Positions 12,948-23,839 of a stretch of 64,000 nt of DNA are shown here, in pieces. The notes below the pieces were generated by a model. The model was not told the DNA's origin, made no database searches, and saw nothing but the letters and a program-made list of their open reading frames with translations. The position numbers and the translations under genes were made by a program. Source of the stretch: Mobula hypostoma (Eukaryota); assembly GCF_963921235.1 (NCBI RefSeq), contig NC_086097.1, forward strand, positions 119,290,001 to 119,354,000, read 5' to 3'. Each line of letters starts with the position of its first letter. The first letter of the stretch is position 1.

Positions 12948-13341
12948 GTCACAAAATGCTGTCAGAACTCAGCAAATTAGGCAGCATCAATGGAAAGGAA
13001 TAAACAGTTGACTTTTTGGGCCATAACCCTTCATCAGGACTAAAAAGTAAGGGGAAAGAAGCTGGCAGGTGATAGGTGAGGAGAGTAACAGAGATCACAG
13101 AGGAAGAGCATTGAGTGTGTTTCTCTAAAGTCTGTTGAAGAGAAGATTTAAACTTGAAGGTAGGCAGACCTTGAAGAGGTTTCTCAGTGGAGCAGCAATT
13201 CATAAAAAACAAGAGATTCTGTGATCTTCTGTTGGCATCTGCCCCCTTCCTTTCCATAAATGCTGCCTGACCTGCTGAGTTTCTCCAGCATTTTGTTTGT
13301 GATGCTCTAGATTTCCAGCTTCTGCAAAATCTCCTGAGTTT
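12948..13341. mobile_element. PLE pLTR pieces in inverted orientation with a decayed hammerhead (13006-13041, minus)
   Basis: Both ends match the 4260-4367 repeat in opposite orientations; core reads CTGATGA..AAAA (GAAA lost). Confidence 0.65.
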
Positions 13342-13514
13342 ATAAATTATCCACTCCTGTTTTCCTTACCATGTTACATAATTTCTTCCCAAAATTAAGG
13401 GCAAACGTCACCTCCTTTCTAGTAATTCCACTTGCTTTTGAATGCATCACATGACACATCTTGCACCCAAGCTAAGATACGGTACAAAATAATGCTGTCA
13501 TTGCTTAATATGTA

Positions 13515-13638
13515 AACAAGAGAAAATCTGCAGATGTTGGAATCCAAGCAACGCACACAAAATGCTGGAGGAACTGAGCAGGCACCGTCTATGGACAAGA
13601 GTACAGTTGATGTTTTGGGCTGCCAGCATTTTATGTGT
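13515..13638. mobile_element. Miniature fold-back PLE pLTR insertion
   Basis: 15-bp TSD ATTGCTTAATATGTA (13500-13514 and 13639-13653); inverted arms CACACAAAATGCTGG / CCAGCATTTTATGTG. Confidence 0.8.
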
Positions 13639-14009
13639 ATTGCTTAATATGTATTCACTTGATTTCTGGATATCCCTGATTATGTGAGGAATTGTCTATA
13701 TTATTTCAAAGTACGATGAAATTCTGCCAGCACTAACACCTTCTACAATCATAACCAACGCCAGAAGTGCAAAGCAGGATCCAGTATTTGTGGATTGTAT
13801 CCATTTGTAAACTAAGCATTTGGCCTTTGCATTTTTGGAGAAGGAAGTACTCCAATGAGGTAACCAATGGACTATAAAATAAATGTTATACACATCCACC
13901 ATCAAAACAACCTCTTTTCCTGTAGATTAAGAGATTTTTGACCTCGCAATTTCTACCCGTCATTCCAAACAGTGAATTGTTTTGATTGACTTTTCAATCA
14001 TCCCTGTGT

Positions 14010-14500
14010 CAAGAGGAGATTCACGAGAATGATCCCAGGAATGAAAGGATTTTGTATATGATGAGTGGTTTTATGGCTTTGCGCCTATACTTCCTTGGAG
14101 TTTAAGTTTCAATGAGATCCACCCTCATTCTTCTATCGAACATTGAAAGGCCTAGATAGAGTGGACATGGAGAGGATATTTCCTATAGTGTGGGAGTCGA
14201 GGATCAAGGAAAACATCCTTGGAATACAAGTACATCCCTTTTGAACAGAGATGAGGAGAAATTTCTTCAGCCAGAGGGTGGTGAATCTGTGGAATTCATT
14301 GCCACAAGATGGTTATGGAGGCCAAGTCTTTGGGTATCTTCGAAATGGAGGCTGATAGGTTCTTGATTAGTAAGGGCATCAGAGATTACAGGCAGAAGGG
14401 ATTTGAAGAGGATAATAAATTAGCCATGATGGGATGGTAGAGCAGACTTGATGGGGTAAGTGGCCTAATTCATCTCCTCTGTCTTATAGTCTTATGGCCT
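14010..14500 (+). mobile_element. CR1 3' fragment
   Basis: AATTTCTTCAGCCAGAGGGTGGTGAATCTGTGGAATTC; (CTTATGG)-type tail. Confidence 0.85.
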
Positions 14501-15192
14501 TTAATTACATGAGTAAACTCAGAAGAATCTTCAGATTTTTGTGCTCTTCCTTAAAGGACAGATATAGGTTAGATTGGACACAACAATTGTCAATCCCCTA
14601 AACTCAGGATTAGCCCTAAGTTATCTTCTTGATGTTGGTCAAGCACTTCATAATATTGTCAGGGACTTCACTGCCAAGCAACCTTGCTCTGACGTTCTGG
14701 TGTATGGAAGGCGAATAACGATGGAATTGAAGGCTGTTTTGCTTCTCTTTCCTAAATTCTACAATCCAATAGCCTGACAACCATGTCATATAGTGATGAT
14801 TACTGGCCTGCCTAAGAGAAAACACAGCACACTGATATCAATTCATTCACAATCTGAATCAATACCTGCCAGGGGAAGAGAGAATTTAGAAAGAAAATAG
14901 CGTTTAAAGCAGAAAAAACTTCCATAGGAATCGGGCAATATGGATATCATGTATGGTTTAATTCTTCATTCGCAGGAGTTTTTTTGAGGTAAGGCCAGTT
15001 CAATGTGCTTTTACATCTAATTATTCTTTATTAGATAATGAATACAACAATTTCCTTTAATACATAGCCTTAAATGTTATACCATATGGAATGCAATGAT
15101 AACAATTCTATTATTTTTCAGAAAATATGATGACTAATTAAATCAACTAAAACCTCTGAACTTTATTTCATTAACTCCTTAGCAAGTTTTAT

Positions 15193-15763
15193 CACTCTGT
15201 GGTCACTTCATTCAGTACCCCTGTACACTTGCTTGCTAATGCAAATATCTAATTAGCCAATCATCTGGCAGCAACTTAATGCATAAAGGCATGCAAACAT
15301 GGTCAAAAGGTTCAGTTGCTGTTCAAGCCAAACATCAGGATGGGGAAAAGATGACAGCCAAGTGGATTTTACCATGGACTGATGGGATGCCAGATGAGGT
15401 GGTTTGAGTATCTCAGAAGCTGCTGATTTCCTGGGACTTTCATGCACAACTATTTCTAGAGTTTACAGAGAATGGTGCAAAAAACGAATTTAAAAAAAGC
15501 ATTAAGTGAGCAGCAGTTCTGTGGGTAAAAATACTTTGTTAATGAGACAGATCAGAGGAGAATGGCCAGATTGGTTCAAACTGACATAAAGGCTTCTGTA
15601 ACTCGTATACCCACACATTACAACAGTGATGTGCAGAAGAGCATCTCTGAAAGCACATGTCAAACCTTGAAGTGGATGGGCTACAGCCACAGAGACCACG
15701 AATATAGAGTCAGTGGCTTCTTTATTAGATACCCGAAGTACCTAGTGAAGTGGCCTCTGAGTG
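15193..15763 (+). mobile_element. Non-autonomous Tc1 derivative carrying the transposase 5' remnant and three TIR copies
   Basis: TIR consensus CACTCAGTGGCCACTTTATTAGGTAC at the left end, again at about 15705 and inverted at the right end followed by TA; remnant MARLVQTDIKASVTRIPTHYN..SISESTCQTLKWMGY. Confidence 0.8.
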
Positions 15764-16129
15764 TATGTAAACCCTACTCTTTTATTATTTTCACAGCGTG
15801 TATTTGCCCTTATTAAACTTCAGCAGTTTACTAATTAGTCTTGTTGCTAATCATGATTAACTGTCTTTGTAAAGTGTACTTATGACTTAGAAGTCTTATC
15901 TACTTAGTCTAATCTGTGAAATTAATTTAGCTGGGTTTACAGCCTCAGTGTAACTTTTGTAAACCATGATCTGAAATGTTAGTGACAGCAGAGATTCCAG
16001 ATTTAATGACCAAGAAATTTGCTTAATAAGTATGGGATTTCTGGAGAATATAGTTGTTGCTGGTAACACTGTTTTAATGTCCATCTATTATAGTGTACTG
16101 AAGGTGATTCGGGAAACTGATGGTTGTCT

Positions 16130-16650
16130 ATTGGTCAAAATAAAGGAGAAATGAATACAGAATACGGGAGATATGCTTTCGTTATATAGGTTGTTGTTGA
16201 GATCACATCTAGAAAAGCATTTACAGCATTGGTCTCCTTAAGAAAAGCAGTTATTGTATTGGAAACAGTTCAGAAAATGTGTACTGGATTAATATCTGGA
16301 TTGGACGAAGGAGGTGGGACAGGCTGGTCTTGGGTCTATTAGAGTCCAGAAATGTGAAACAAGGACCTGATTGAAACATATTCGGTCCTGAAGATGTTGC
16401 TACAGTGGATAGGGGTGTGGGCCTAAAACTAGGGATCAACCATTTAAGATGGAAAGTAAATACTTTTTTCTCTCTCAAAGGATCATAAGTTTTTTTTTCT
16501 TGAAGTGTCAGTGGAAGCAGTGCCTGAAGAAAGAGATGATAAACAAGGGGGTAAAATATTACAGTGGAGAGATCTGAGTTCATAGATTGGTTTAAGTAAA
16601 GTGCAGCTCAGGCTTGGGATTCTCAATGGCCTACTCTGGTTCCTAAGTCA
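16130..16650 (+). mobile_element. Old, highly diverged CR1 3' fragment
   Basis: Degenerate similarity to the other CR1 3' ends in this window. Confidence 0.55.
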
Positions 16651-16969
16651 AATGTCTGTCCAAACAGTGTCTGATAGTAATTTGACACTAACATTTCTTC
16701 TTTCCAACATTTCTAAACACATTGATCTCAATTACAATTAATTCTATCACCTATAGAGAAATTACCTTCATGTTACTTAAATGATAAGGAGCATTTCATT
16801 TTCTGCAGTCATTTTACAACTCTGTGCCAACCAATGCTCAAGTAAATTTGATACAAACAGTGATGTTATCTGTCAAACGTAGATTTGGGAGATTTCTCCT
16901 TCCCAATTAAGTGAGCAGAAGAAATCTTGCTTCCATGTCAACAGATAATAAATGATTATTAAGATATCT

Positions 16970-17515
16970 CAAAGTCAAAGTAAATTTATTATCAAAATAT
17001 ATATGTAGCACCATGTACTACTCTGAGATTCACTTTCTTGCGGACTTGTAAGAAAAGGCAAATAAAGCATTTATGAAGAACTAGATTGTACTTAAACAAA
17101 GACTGCAGGAGAAGGCAAATTGAGCAAATAAAGCAAATTAAATAAATAAAACTGAGAACATGAATTGTCGAGTCCTTGAAAGTGAGTCTGCAAGTTGTTG
17201 AATGAGTTCAGAGCTGAGGTGAGTGAAGTGATCCATACTGGTGCACGAGCCTGGTGGTAATAAGGAAATAACTCTTCCTGAACCCAGTGGTGTTCCTTTG
17301 TATCTCCTGCTCGATGGCAGTAGTGAGAAGAGAGTGTGGCCTGGATGGTGGGGTTCCTTGAAGAAGGATGCTACTGTCTTGTGGCAGGCATCAGTCTCTG
17401 CAAATATGCTCAGTGGTGGGGAGGACTTTGCATGTGATGAACTGGGCTGTATCCACCATTTTCTGTAGATTTTTCCATTCCTGGGCATTGGAAATTTTGT
17501 ACTGAGGCATGATCC
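16970..17515 (-). mobile_element. Rex1-type 3' fragment
   Basis: HHPGHTLFSLLPSSRRY motif; TTCAAAG-type tail. Confidence 0.7.
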
Positions 17516-18619
17516 AACCAATACATATATGTCACCATATAAACCCTGAGATTCATTTTCTGGCGGGCATTCACTGTAAATCCACGAAACGTAATAACAG
17601 TGTTCAAACACAAAAGAAAAAAAAAAGCAATAAATATTGAGGACATGAGATAAAGAGACCTTGAAAGTAAGGCCATAGATTCTGGGAACAGGTCAGTGCT
17701 GGGACAAGTGAAGTTGAGTGGACTTATCGCCTCTGATTCAAGAGCCTGATGGTTGAGGGGTAGTAACTGTTCCTGAACCTGGTGGTATAAGTCCTGAGGC
17801 ACCTGTACCTTCTACCTGATGGCAGCAGTGACAACAGGGTATGACCTGGGTGGTGGAGGCCTTTGATGATGGATGCTGTCTTCCTGTGCCAGTGCTCCAC
17901 GAAGATGTGCGCAATGATAAGAAGGTTTTCACCTCTGATGTTCTGAGTTGTATCCATTGCTTTTTGTAGGATTTTCCATTCAAGGGCACTGGTGCTTTCA
18001 TACCAGGCTGTGATACAACTTGTCAATATACTCTCCACCACACATGCACAGAAATTTGTCAAAGTCTTAGATGTCATGCTGACTCTTCATAAACCTCTAA
18101 AGAATTAGAGGCACTGCCACACTTTTTTTTGTGATGGCACTTACATACAGGATCCAGAACATATACTCTGAAATGATAACAGCGAGGAATTTAAAATTGA
18201 TGACCCTCTCCAGCTCTGATCCTCTGTTGATGACTGGCTCATGGACCTACCATTTCCCCCTCATGAAGTCAATAATCAGCTCATTGCTATCATTCAGTGA
18301 GAGGTGGTTGTTGTGGCACCACTCAACCAAATTTCAATTTCGCTCCTATAAGCTGATTCATCACCATCTTTGATTCATCCAACAACAGTGGTGTTGTCAG
18401 CAAACTTATACATGTTGGCATTGGAGCTGTGCTTAGCCTCACAGTGATAGGTATAAAGTGAGTAGAGCAGGGGGCTAAGTACACAGCCTTGTGGTCCACC
18501 TGTGCTGATGATGATTATGGAGGAGAAATTACTAATCTGAACTGACTGGGGTTTCTAAGTGAGGAAATCAAGGATCCAGTTGCACAAATAAGTATTGAGG
18601 CCAAGTCCTGAAGCTTATA

Positions 18620-19866
18620 CAAACCCCATTTCCAGAAAAGTTGGGATATTTTCCAAAATGCAATAAAAGCAAAAGTCGGTGATATGTTAATTCACGTGAA
18701 CCTTTATTTAACTGACAAAAGTACAAAGAAAAGTTTTTCAATAGTTTTACTGACCAACTTAATTGTATTTTGTAAATATACACAAAATTAGAATTTGATG
18801 GCTGCAACACACTCAACAAAAGTTGGGACAGAGTTAAAGTAAGATTGAAAAGTGCACAGAAAAGTCAAGCTACTGTGACAATTATAGCCACCTGGCCTCG
18901 GGAGTACTTCGGAAAACCATTGTCACTCAACACAGTCCGTCGCTGCATCCAGAAATGCAACTTGAAACTGTATTACGCAAGGAGGAAGCCATACATCAAC
19001 TCTATGCAGAAACACCAGCGAGTTCTCTGGGCCCGAGCTCATCTCAGATGGACCGAAAGACTGGAACCGTGTGCTGTGGTCAGATGAGTCCACGTTTCAG
19101 CTAATTTTCGGAAAAAACGGGCGTCGAGTTCTCCGTGCCAAAGATGAAAATGAACATCCAGATTGTTATCAGCGAAAGATGCAAAAGCCAGCATCTGTGG
19201 TGGTATGGGGGCGCATCAGTGCCCACGGCATGGGTGAGTTGCATGTATGTGAAGGTACCATTGACTCTGAGGCATATATTAGGATTTTAGAGAGACATAT
19301 GTTGCCATCAAGGCGATGTCTCTTCCTGGGACGTCCATGCTTATTTCAGCAGGACAATGACAGACCATATTCTGCACGGGTTACAACAGTGTGGCTTTGT
19401 AGACACAGAGTGTGTGTGCTTGACTGGCCTGCTGCCAGTTCAGATCTACCTCCTATTGATAATGTATGGCGCATCATGAAGAGGAGAATCAGACAACAGA
19501 GACCACGGACTGTTGAGCAGCTGAAGTCTTATATCAAGCAAGAATGGACAAAATTTCCAATTGCAAATCTACTACAATTAGTATCCTCAGTTCCAAAACG
19601 ATTAAAACGTGTTAGTAAGAGGAAAGGTGATGTAACACAATGGTAAACATGCCTCTGTCCCAACTTTTGTTGAGTGTGTTGCAGCCATCAAATTCTAAAT
19701 TTGTGTATGTTCACAAAATACAATTAAGTTGGTCAGTAAAACTCTTGAAAATCTTTTCTTTGCACTTTTGTCAGTTAAATAAAAGTTCACGTGGATTAAC
19801 ATATCACCGATTTTTGTTTTTATTGCATTTTGGAAAATATCCCAACTTTTCTGGAAATGGGGTTTG
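18620..19866 (+). mobile_element. Tc1 transposon, IR/DR type, internally deleted
   Basis: TA flanks (18618-18619, 19867-19868); about 210-bp TIRs starting CAAACCCCATTTCCAGAAAAGTTGGGA with inner AAAAGTTGGGA repeats. Confidence 0.95.
18865..19646 (+). pseudogene. Tc1 transposase, N-terminally deleted and frameshifted near 19060
   Basis: LSLNTVRRCI..ARRKPYIN; LWSDES; FQQDN; WPAASSDLPPIDNVW with 34 residues between the second D and the last acidic residue. Confidence 0.9.
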
Positions 19867-20959
19867 TAGATTAGCTTTAAGGGGAAGGTCATATTGAATG
19901 CCAAGTTGTAGTTCATGAAGAGCATCCTGATGTATATGCATGCTGTGCAGATTTTCCAGGGCTGAGTGAAGAACCTATGGAATGGAATCTGCTGTTGTCC
20001 TGTTGTGATGGTAGGCAAATTGGAGCGAACCTACACTGCTTCTCTGATGAGAATTTATATGTTCATCACCAACCTCTCAAAGCACTTCATCGCAGAGGAT
20101 GTAAGTGCTTCTGGGCAGTAGTCATTGAAATAGGTTACCATGTTCTTTTTAGGCACCAGTACAATTGAAGCGTGCTTGAAGCAAGTGGGTGCCTCTGTCT
20201 GCCAAAATGAGAGGTTAGAGGTATCAACAAACGCCCCAGCCAGCTGAGCAGCGCAGGATTTCAGTAGCTGGCCAGGAACCCCAATGAGATGGATGCTTTC
20301 CATGGGTTCATCCTCCTGAAGGATGCTCTCACGCTGGTCTCCAAGACTGAAATCACAAGATCATTGGGGGCTGTGGGAATTCATGAACATTCCTCCATGT
20401 TTGGACAGTTAAAGCAAGCAGAAAAGGTATTGAGGTTGCCTGGAAACGAAAGCTTGTTGTCATCTATGTTGCTTGGTTTTACTTTGTAAGAGGTAATAGC
20501 ATTCCCAAAATAGAGTAGAATTTTCAGGGAGGTGTTGGTAAAGGCATGAACACTCTTAATGAATATCTGTTCTTTTGGTGGAAAATACACATTCCAGGGG
20601 TAAATCAAGTTTGCACTTATGAACAAAAGGAATGTTTTCTATTTTGACAATAGAAATTTCCTCAATTATGCAAATACAGTAGGTAGCAGCAAGATATGGC
20701 ATATCTACCGGAAACTACTTGAAGGATAAATCTGAGAGTGCAGATGATACTGCTAATGACGTTGAGTTTGTAAGCAGTGCAGGAAAATGCTTTGCTGTGA
20801 CTTGAGTATTGTCCGGCAAACTAACACAAGGCCCGGCACTGCTCTCAAAGACAGAGTCAGGGCCAGCTTCACCGTTTGAATCCTGGCAGATTTTATGCCA
20901 GATGTGATACTTCGCTGCATACAGATGCATAGCAGAAACGTTTACGGTTGGATTTAGTT

Positions 20960-21590
20960 GTTTTCTGATGTTAGCAATCCACTTGTAAACGTTTCATCAC
21001 CATGCAAGAGGACCTCATCAGCTGCTCGGTCATTATTATGGAAACTCAATTGCACTGTAGGGAGAGGGTGCTGTTGCTGATTGGTTGTGTGGTGAACTCT
21101 AGATTTGTAGTCTGGAGTTTTGCCCACATTGGCTTATAAATAGGATCGAGGTCTACATGTCTTTTTTCAGAATTGTTAGTAGAAAACCATGCTTCTGGTA
21201 ATTCTCTTGCGTGTCACATGCTTGCTTGTGCCATGAGTTTCACAGGCGCCCAGTCGAATTTGTGCCCCCTCGATGCTCATGGGTAGAGACAAGGGAGAGT
21301 TGGTCATGCTGCTTCACTGCCAGTCGATGTTCATCGATCCTTATGGGAAGTTTTCTCCCAGTTTGGCCGACATAATATTTGCTGAAGTCCCCCCACTAGA
21401 TTTTGTGGACCACGTTGGTCTTGTTCAATAGCTTGGTTTGTTCTTTTAATTTGCAGAGTATTCTCCTCAATGTTGCTGTTGGCTTGTACGTGACTGAAAT
21501 TCCTGGAGCAGCCGGGCCATCATTTCCAAGATATTTCTAATGTATAGACGTTTTCCAACAGAAGTAGGGAACTTCAGTCTTTTTTTGATA
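20960..21590 (-). mobile_element. Second PLE lineage (Poseidon-like): GIY-YIG remnant with 3' hammerhead core
   Basis: Manual minus-strand translation YKPTATLRRILCKLKEQTKLLNKTNVVHKI*WGDFSKYYVGQTGRKLPIRIDEHRLAVKQHD..HKFDW..RELPEAWFS (has stops, absent from the ORF track); CTGATGA (21021-21015)..GAAA (20995-20992) CGTT. Confidence 0.82.
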
Positions 21591-21593
21591 TAT

Positions 21594-22200
21594 GAACATA
21601 GAACATAAAAAGCTACAGCACATTACAGGCCCTTCAGCCCACAATGTTGAGCCGACCATGTAACCTACTCAAGAAACTGCCTAGAATTTCCCTAGCACAT
21701 AGCCGTCTATTTTTCTAAGCTCCATGTACCTATCTAAGAGGTTCTTAAAAGACCCTATTGTATCCACTTCCACCATCACCACTGGCAGTGCATTCCACGC
21801 ACCCACCACTCTGTGTGAAAAACTTACCCTTGACATCTTCTCGGTACCTATTTCCAAGCACCTTAAAACTATGCCCCTTCGTGTTAGCCATTTCAGCCCT
21901 GGGAAAAAGCCTCTGGCTATCCACACAATCAATGTCCCCCATCCTCTGTTGCTCCAAAGAGAAAAGACCAAGTTCACTCAACCTATTATCATAAGGGTCG
22001 CCCTCCAATCCAGGCAACTTCCTTGTAAATCTCCTCTGCACTCTCTCTATAGTTTCCACATCCTTCCTGTAGTGAGGTGATCAGAACTGAACACAGTCTT
22101 CCAAGTGAGGTCTAACCAAGGTGTTACATAGCTGTAACATTACCTCACGGCTCTTGAACTCAATCCCACAGTTGATAAATACCAACACACCAATCGCCTT
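21594..22200 (-). mobile_element. CR1 3' fragment
   Basis: IERVQRRFTRKLPGLEG..LGLFSLE; tail reading GAACATA-GAACATA on the plus strand. Confidence 0.9.
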
Positions 22201-22483
22201 CCTACCTTTTCTTTCAACATTGAATGTTGTGACTGTGTTCTAAGCCACTGGAGCTGGTAATATAAATATCACAACAAGCAGGCATTCTCCTGGAGACCCT
22301 CTGGATAGAGTTCAAAGTAAATTTATAATCGAAGTGTGTATACATGGACTTCCGGTTATGACGCGGTGCTGAGCAGATGTGTGTCAGATCTCCTCCAAAA
22401 AGTTTTGAAATTACACAACTAAACAACCTCAAATTACCTGAACAGCTCCAGTTTGTCTGATTGGAAACTGAGTGATCGCCTAA

Positions 22484-23349
22484 ATGCCACCAAGGTCAAC
22501 AAAGCAGACGCAAAAGTCTTCGAAATTAGATCCCACCTGTAACCATGCGGTGCAAGCTAATGACAATGCTAGTGATGAAAAGGCAACAGGTGCTAGCACG
22601 ACAGCAGGCCCAAACCAAATCCTAAATGCTATTCAAACAATGAAAGATGACTTTGTGTCAAGATTTGACGGGCTACTTAACGCTATACAGGAGTACAAGC
22701 TAATCTGAAAGCTGACACAAAGCGCATTGCAGAAGCTGAAGATAGAATTAGCACTAATCAAGATGATATCGCCTCTCTGTGTAAGCAGAATCCAACCATG
22801 AAAGCAGCTATGGAGGCATTAGTGTTTAAAGTAGACAACTTGAAAAACCATAGCCGCCGTTCTAACCTTCGCCTGGTGGGACTTCCTGAGAGGACGGAAG
22901 GAGCTGGTATGGTCTATTTTTTGGAAAAATGGATCCCTGAGGTGCTTGGTGCTGAAAGCTTCCCTGGCCTCCTGCTGATTGAGAGAGTTCACAGAATTGG
23001 CAGGGCTAACGAAGTTGAAGCACTGTCGGCTAAGCGACCCAGGGTAGTGATAATGAAGTTCTTAAACTACCCGGACAAGACCCGGGTTATGAAGGCTGCC
23101 AGGCTGAAAGAACCTGTACTTTTTGACAATCAGAGAATCATATTTTTCCCTGACATCTCTGCCGAACTCCTCAGGCAAAGGAAAGTTTTTGATCCAGTGA
23201 AGAAAGAGTTAGCCTCTCTCTCCATCCCGGACCTATGGTATGGGATAATTCACCCTGCTAAACCGCCGGTGACCATTGACAGTGCACCAGCAGTGGAGAA
23301 ATTTGTGCAGGAGCAGAAGGACTACAACTTGGAGGCTGCCGGCAAGTGA
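22484..23349 (+). pseudogene. L1 ORF1 (coiled coil, RRM, CTD), frameshifted
   Basis: SRRSNLRLVGLPE, IERVHRIG, PRVVIMKFLNY, IFFPDIS. Confidence 0.88.
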
Positions 23350-23839
23350 GACAGTACAGCAGGTTTTTTTTACTTTTGCTTGAATAGGTATGTTCATAGT
23401 GCCTAAGGGACATAAATGAACGCTAACGAATGATAGAGGTACGTTACCCACTGCATTTTTATGCTAACGAATTTGCATCGGTTCTCATTATCTTCAGTGG
23501 CACTGCAACTATGACCAGGTTAAATTTGATAAAGACTCTTGGTATAATTTGGTTGTAATATTCTCTACTACTGATAATGTTTGGGCTCTGTTCTGGCTGT
23601 TGGCCATGTTGTTCCTCACCATGACGACGGTGCGGGAGGACCAGTTAAGCTCCATAATTAGGCCCTTTTTCGGGGCCATCCGGAGGTGTTCATCGTGGGG
23701 TGGGTGGATGTATTTCAGTTTGGGAAGTACACTTAGTTATGTTTACAATGTTCTATTTACTATTTACTGGTTTTTACTCATCTTTTTTGTTATGTTTTAA
23801 TCTCAGTTAACAGTCATTCTAAATCAATTCAGCTCAACA

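Larger units (their letters stand above)
17520..20500 (-). mobile_element. Rex1/Babar LINE RT region interrupted by a Tc1 element
   Basis: GVPGQLLKSCAAQLAG.F..PTCFKHASIVLVPKK..NDYCPEALTSSAMKCFERLV (20055-20303); KTLTNF..VVESILTSCITAWY..HPGH.L.SLLPSGRRYR (17724-18077). Confidence 0.88.

Noticed and set aside
20715..20930. 71-aa minus ORF as a host exon
   Set aside because: No recognisable domain or convincing splice sites; adjacent to PLE debris.
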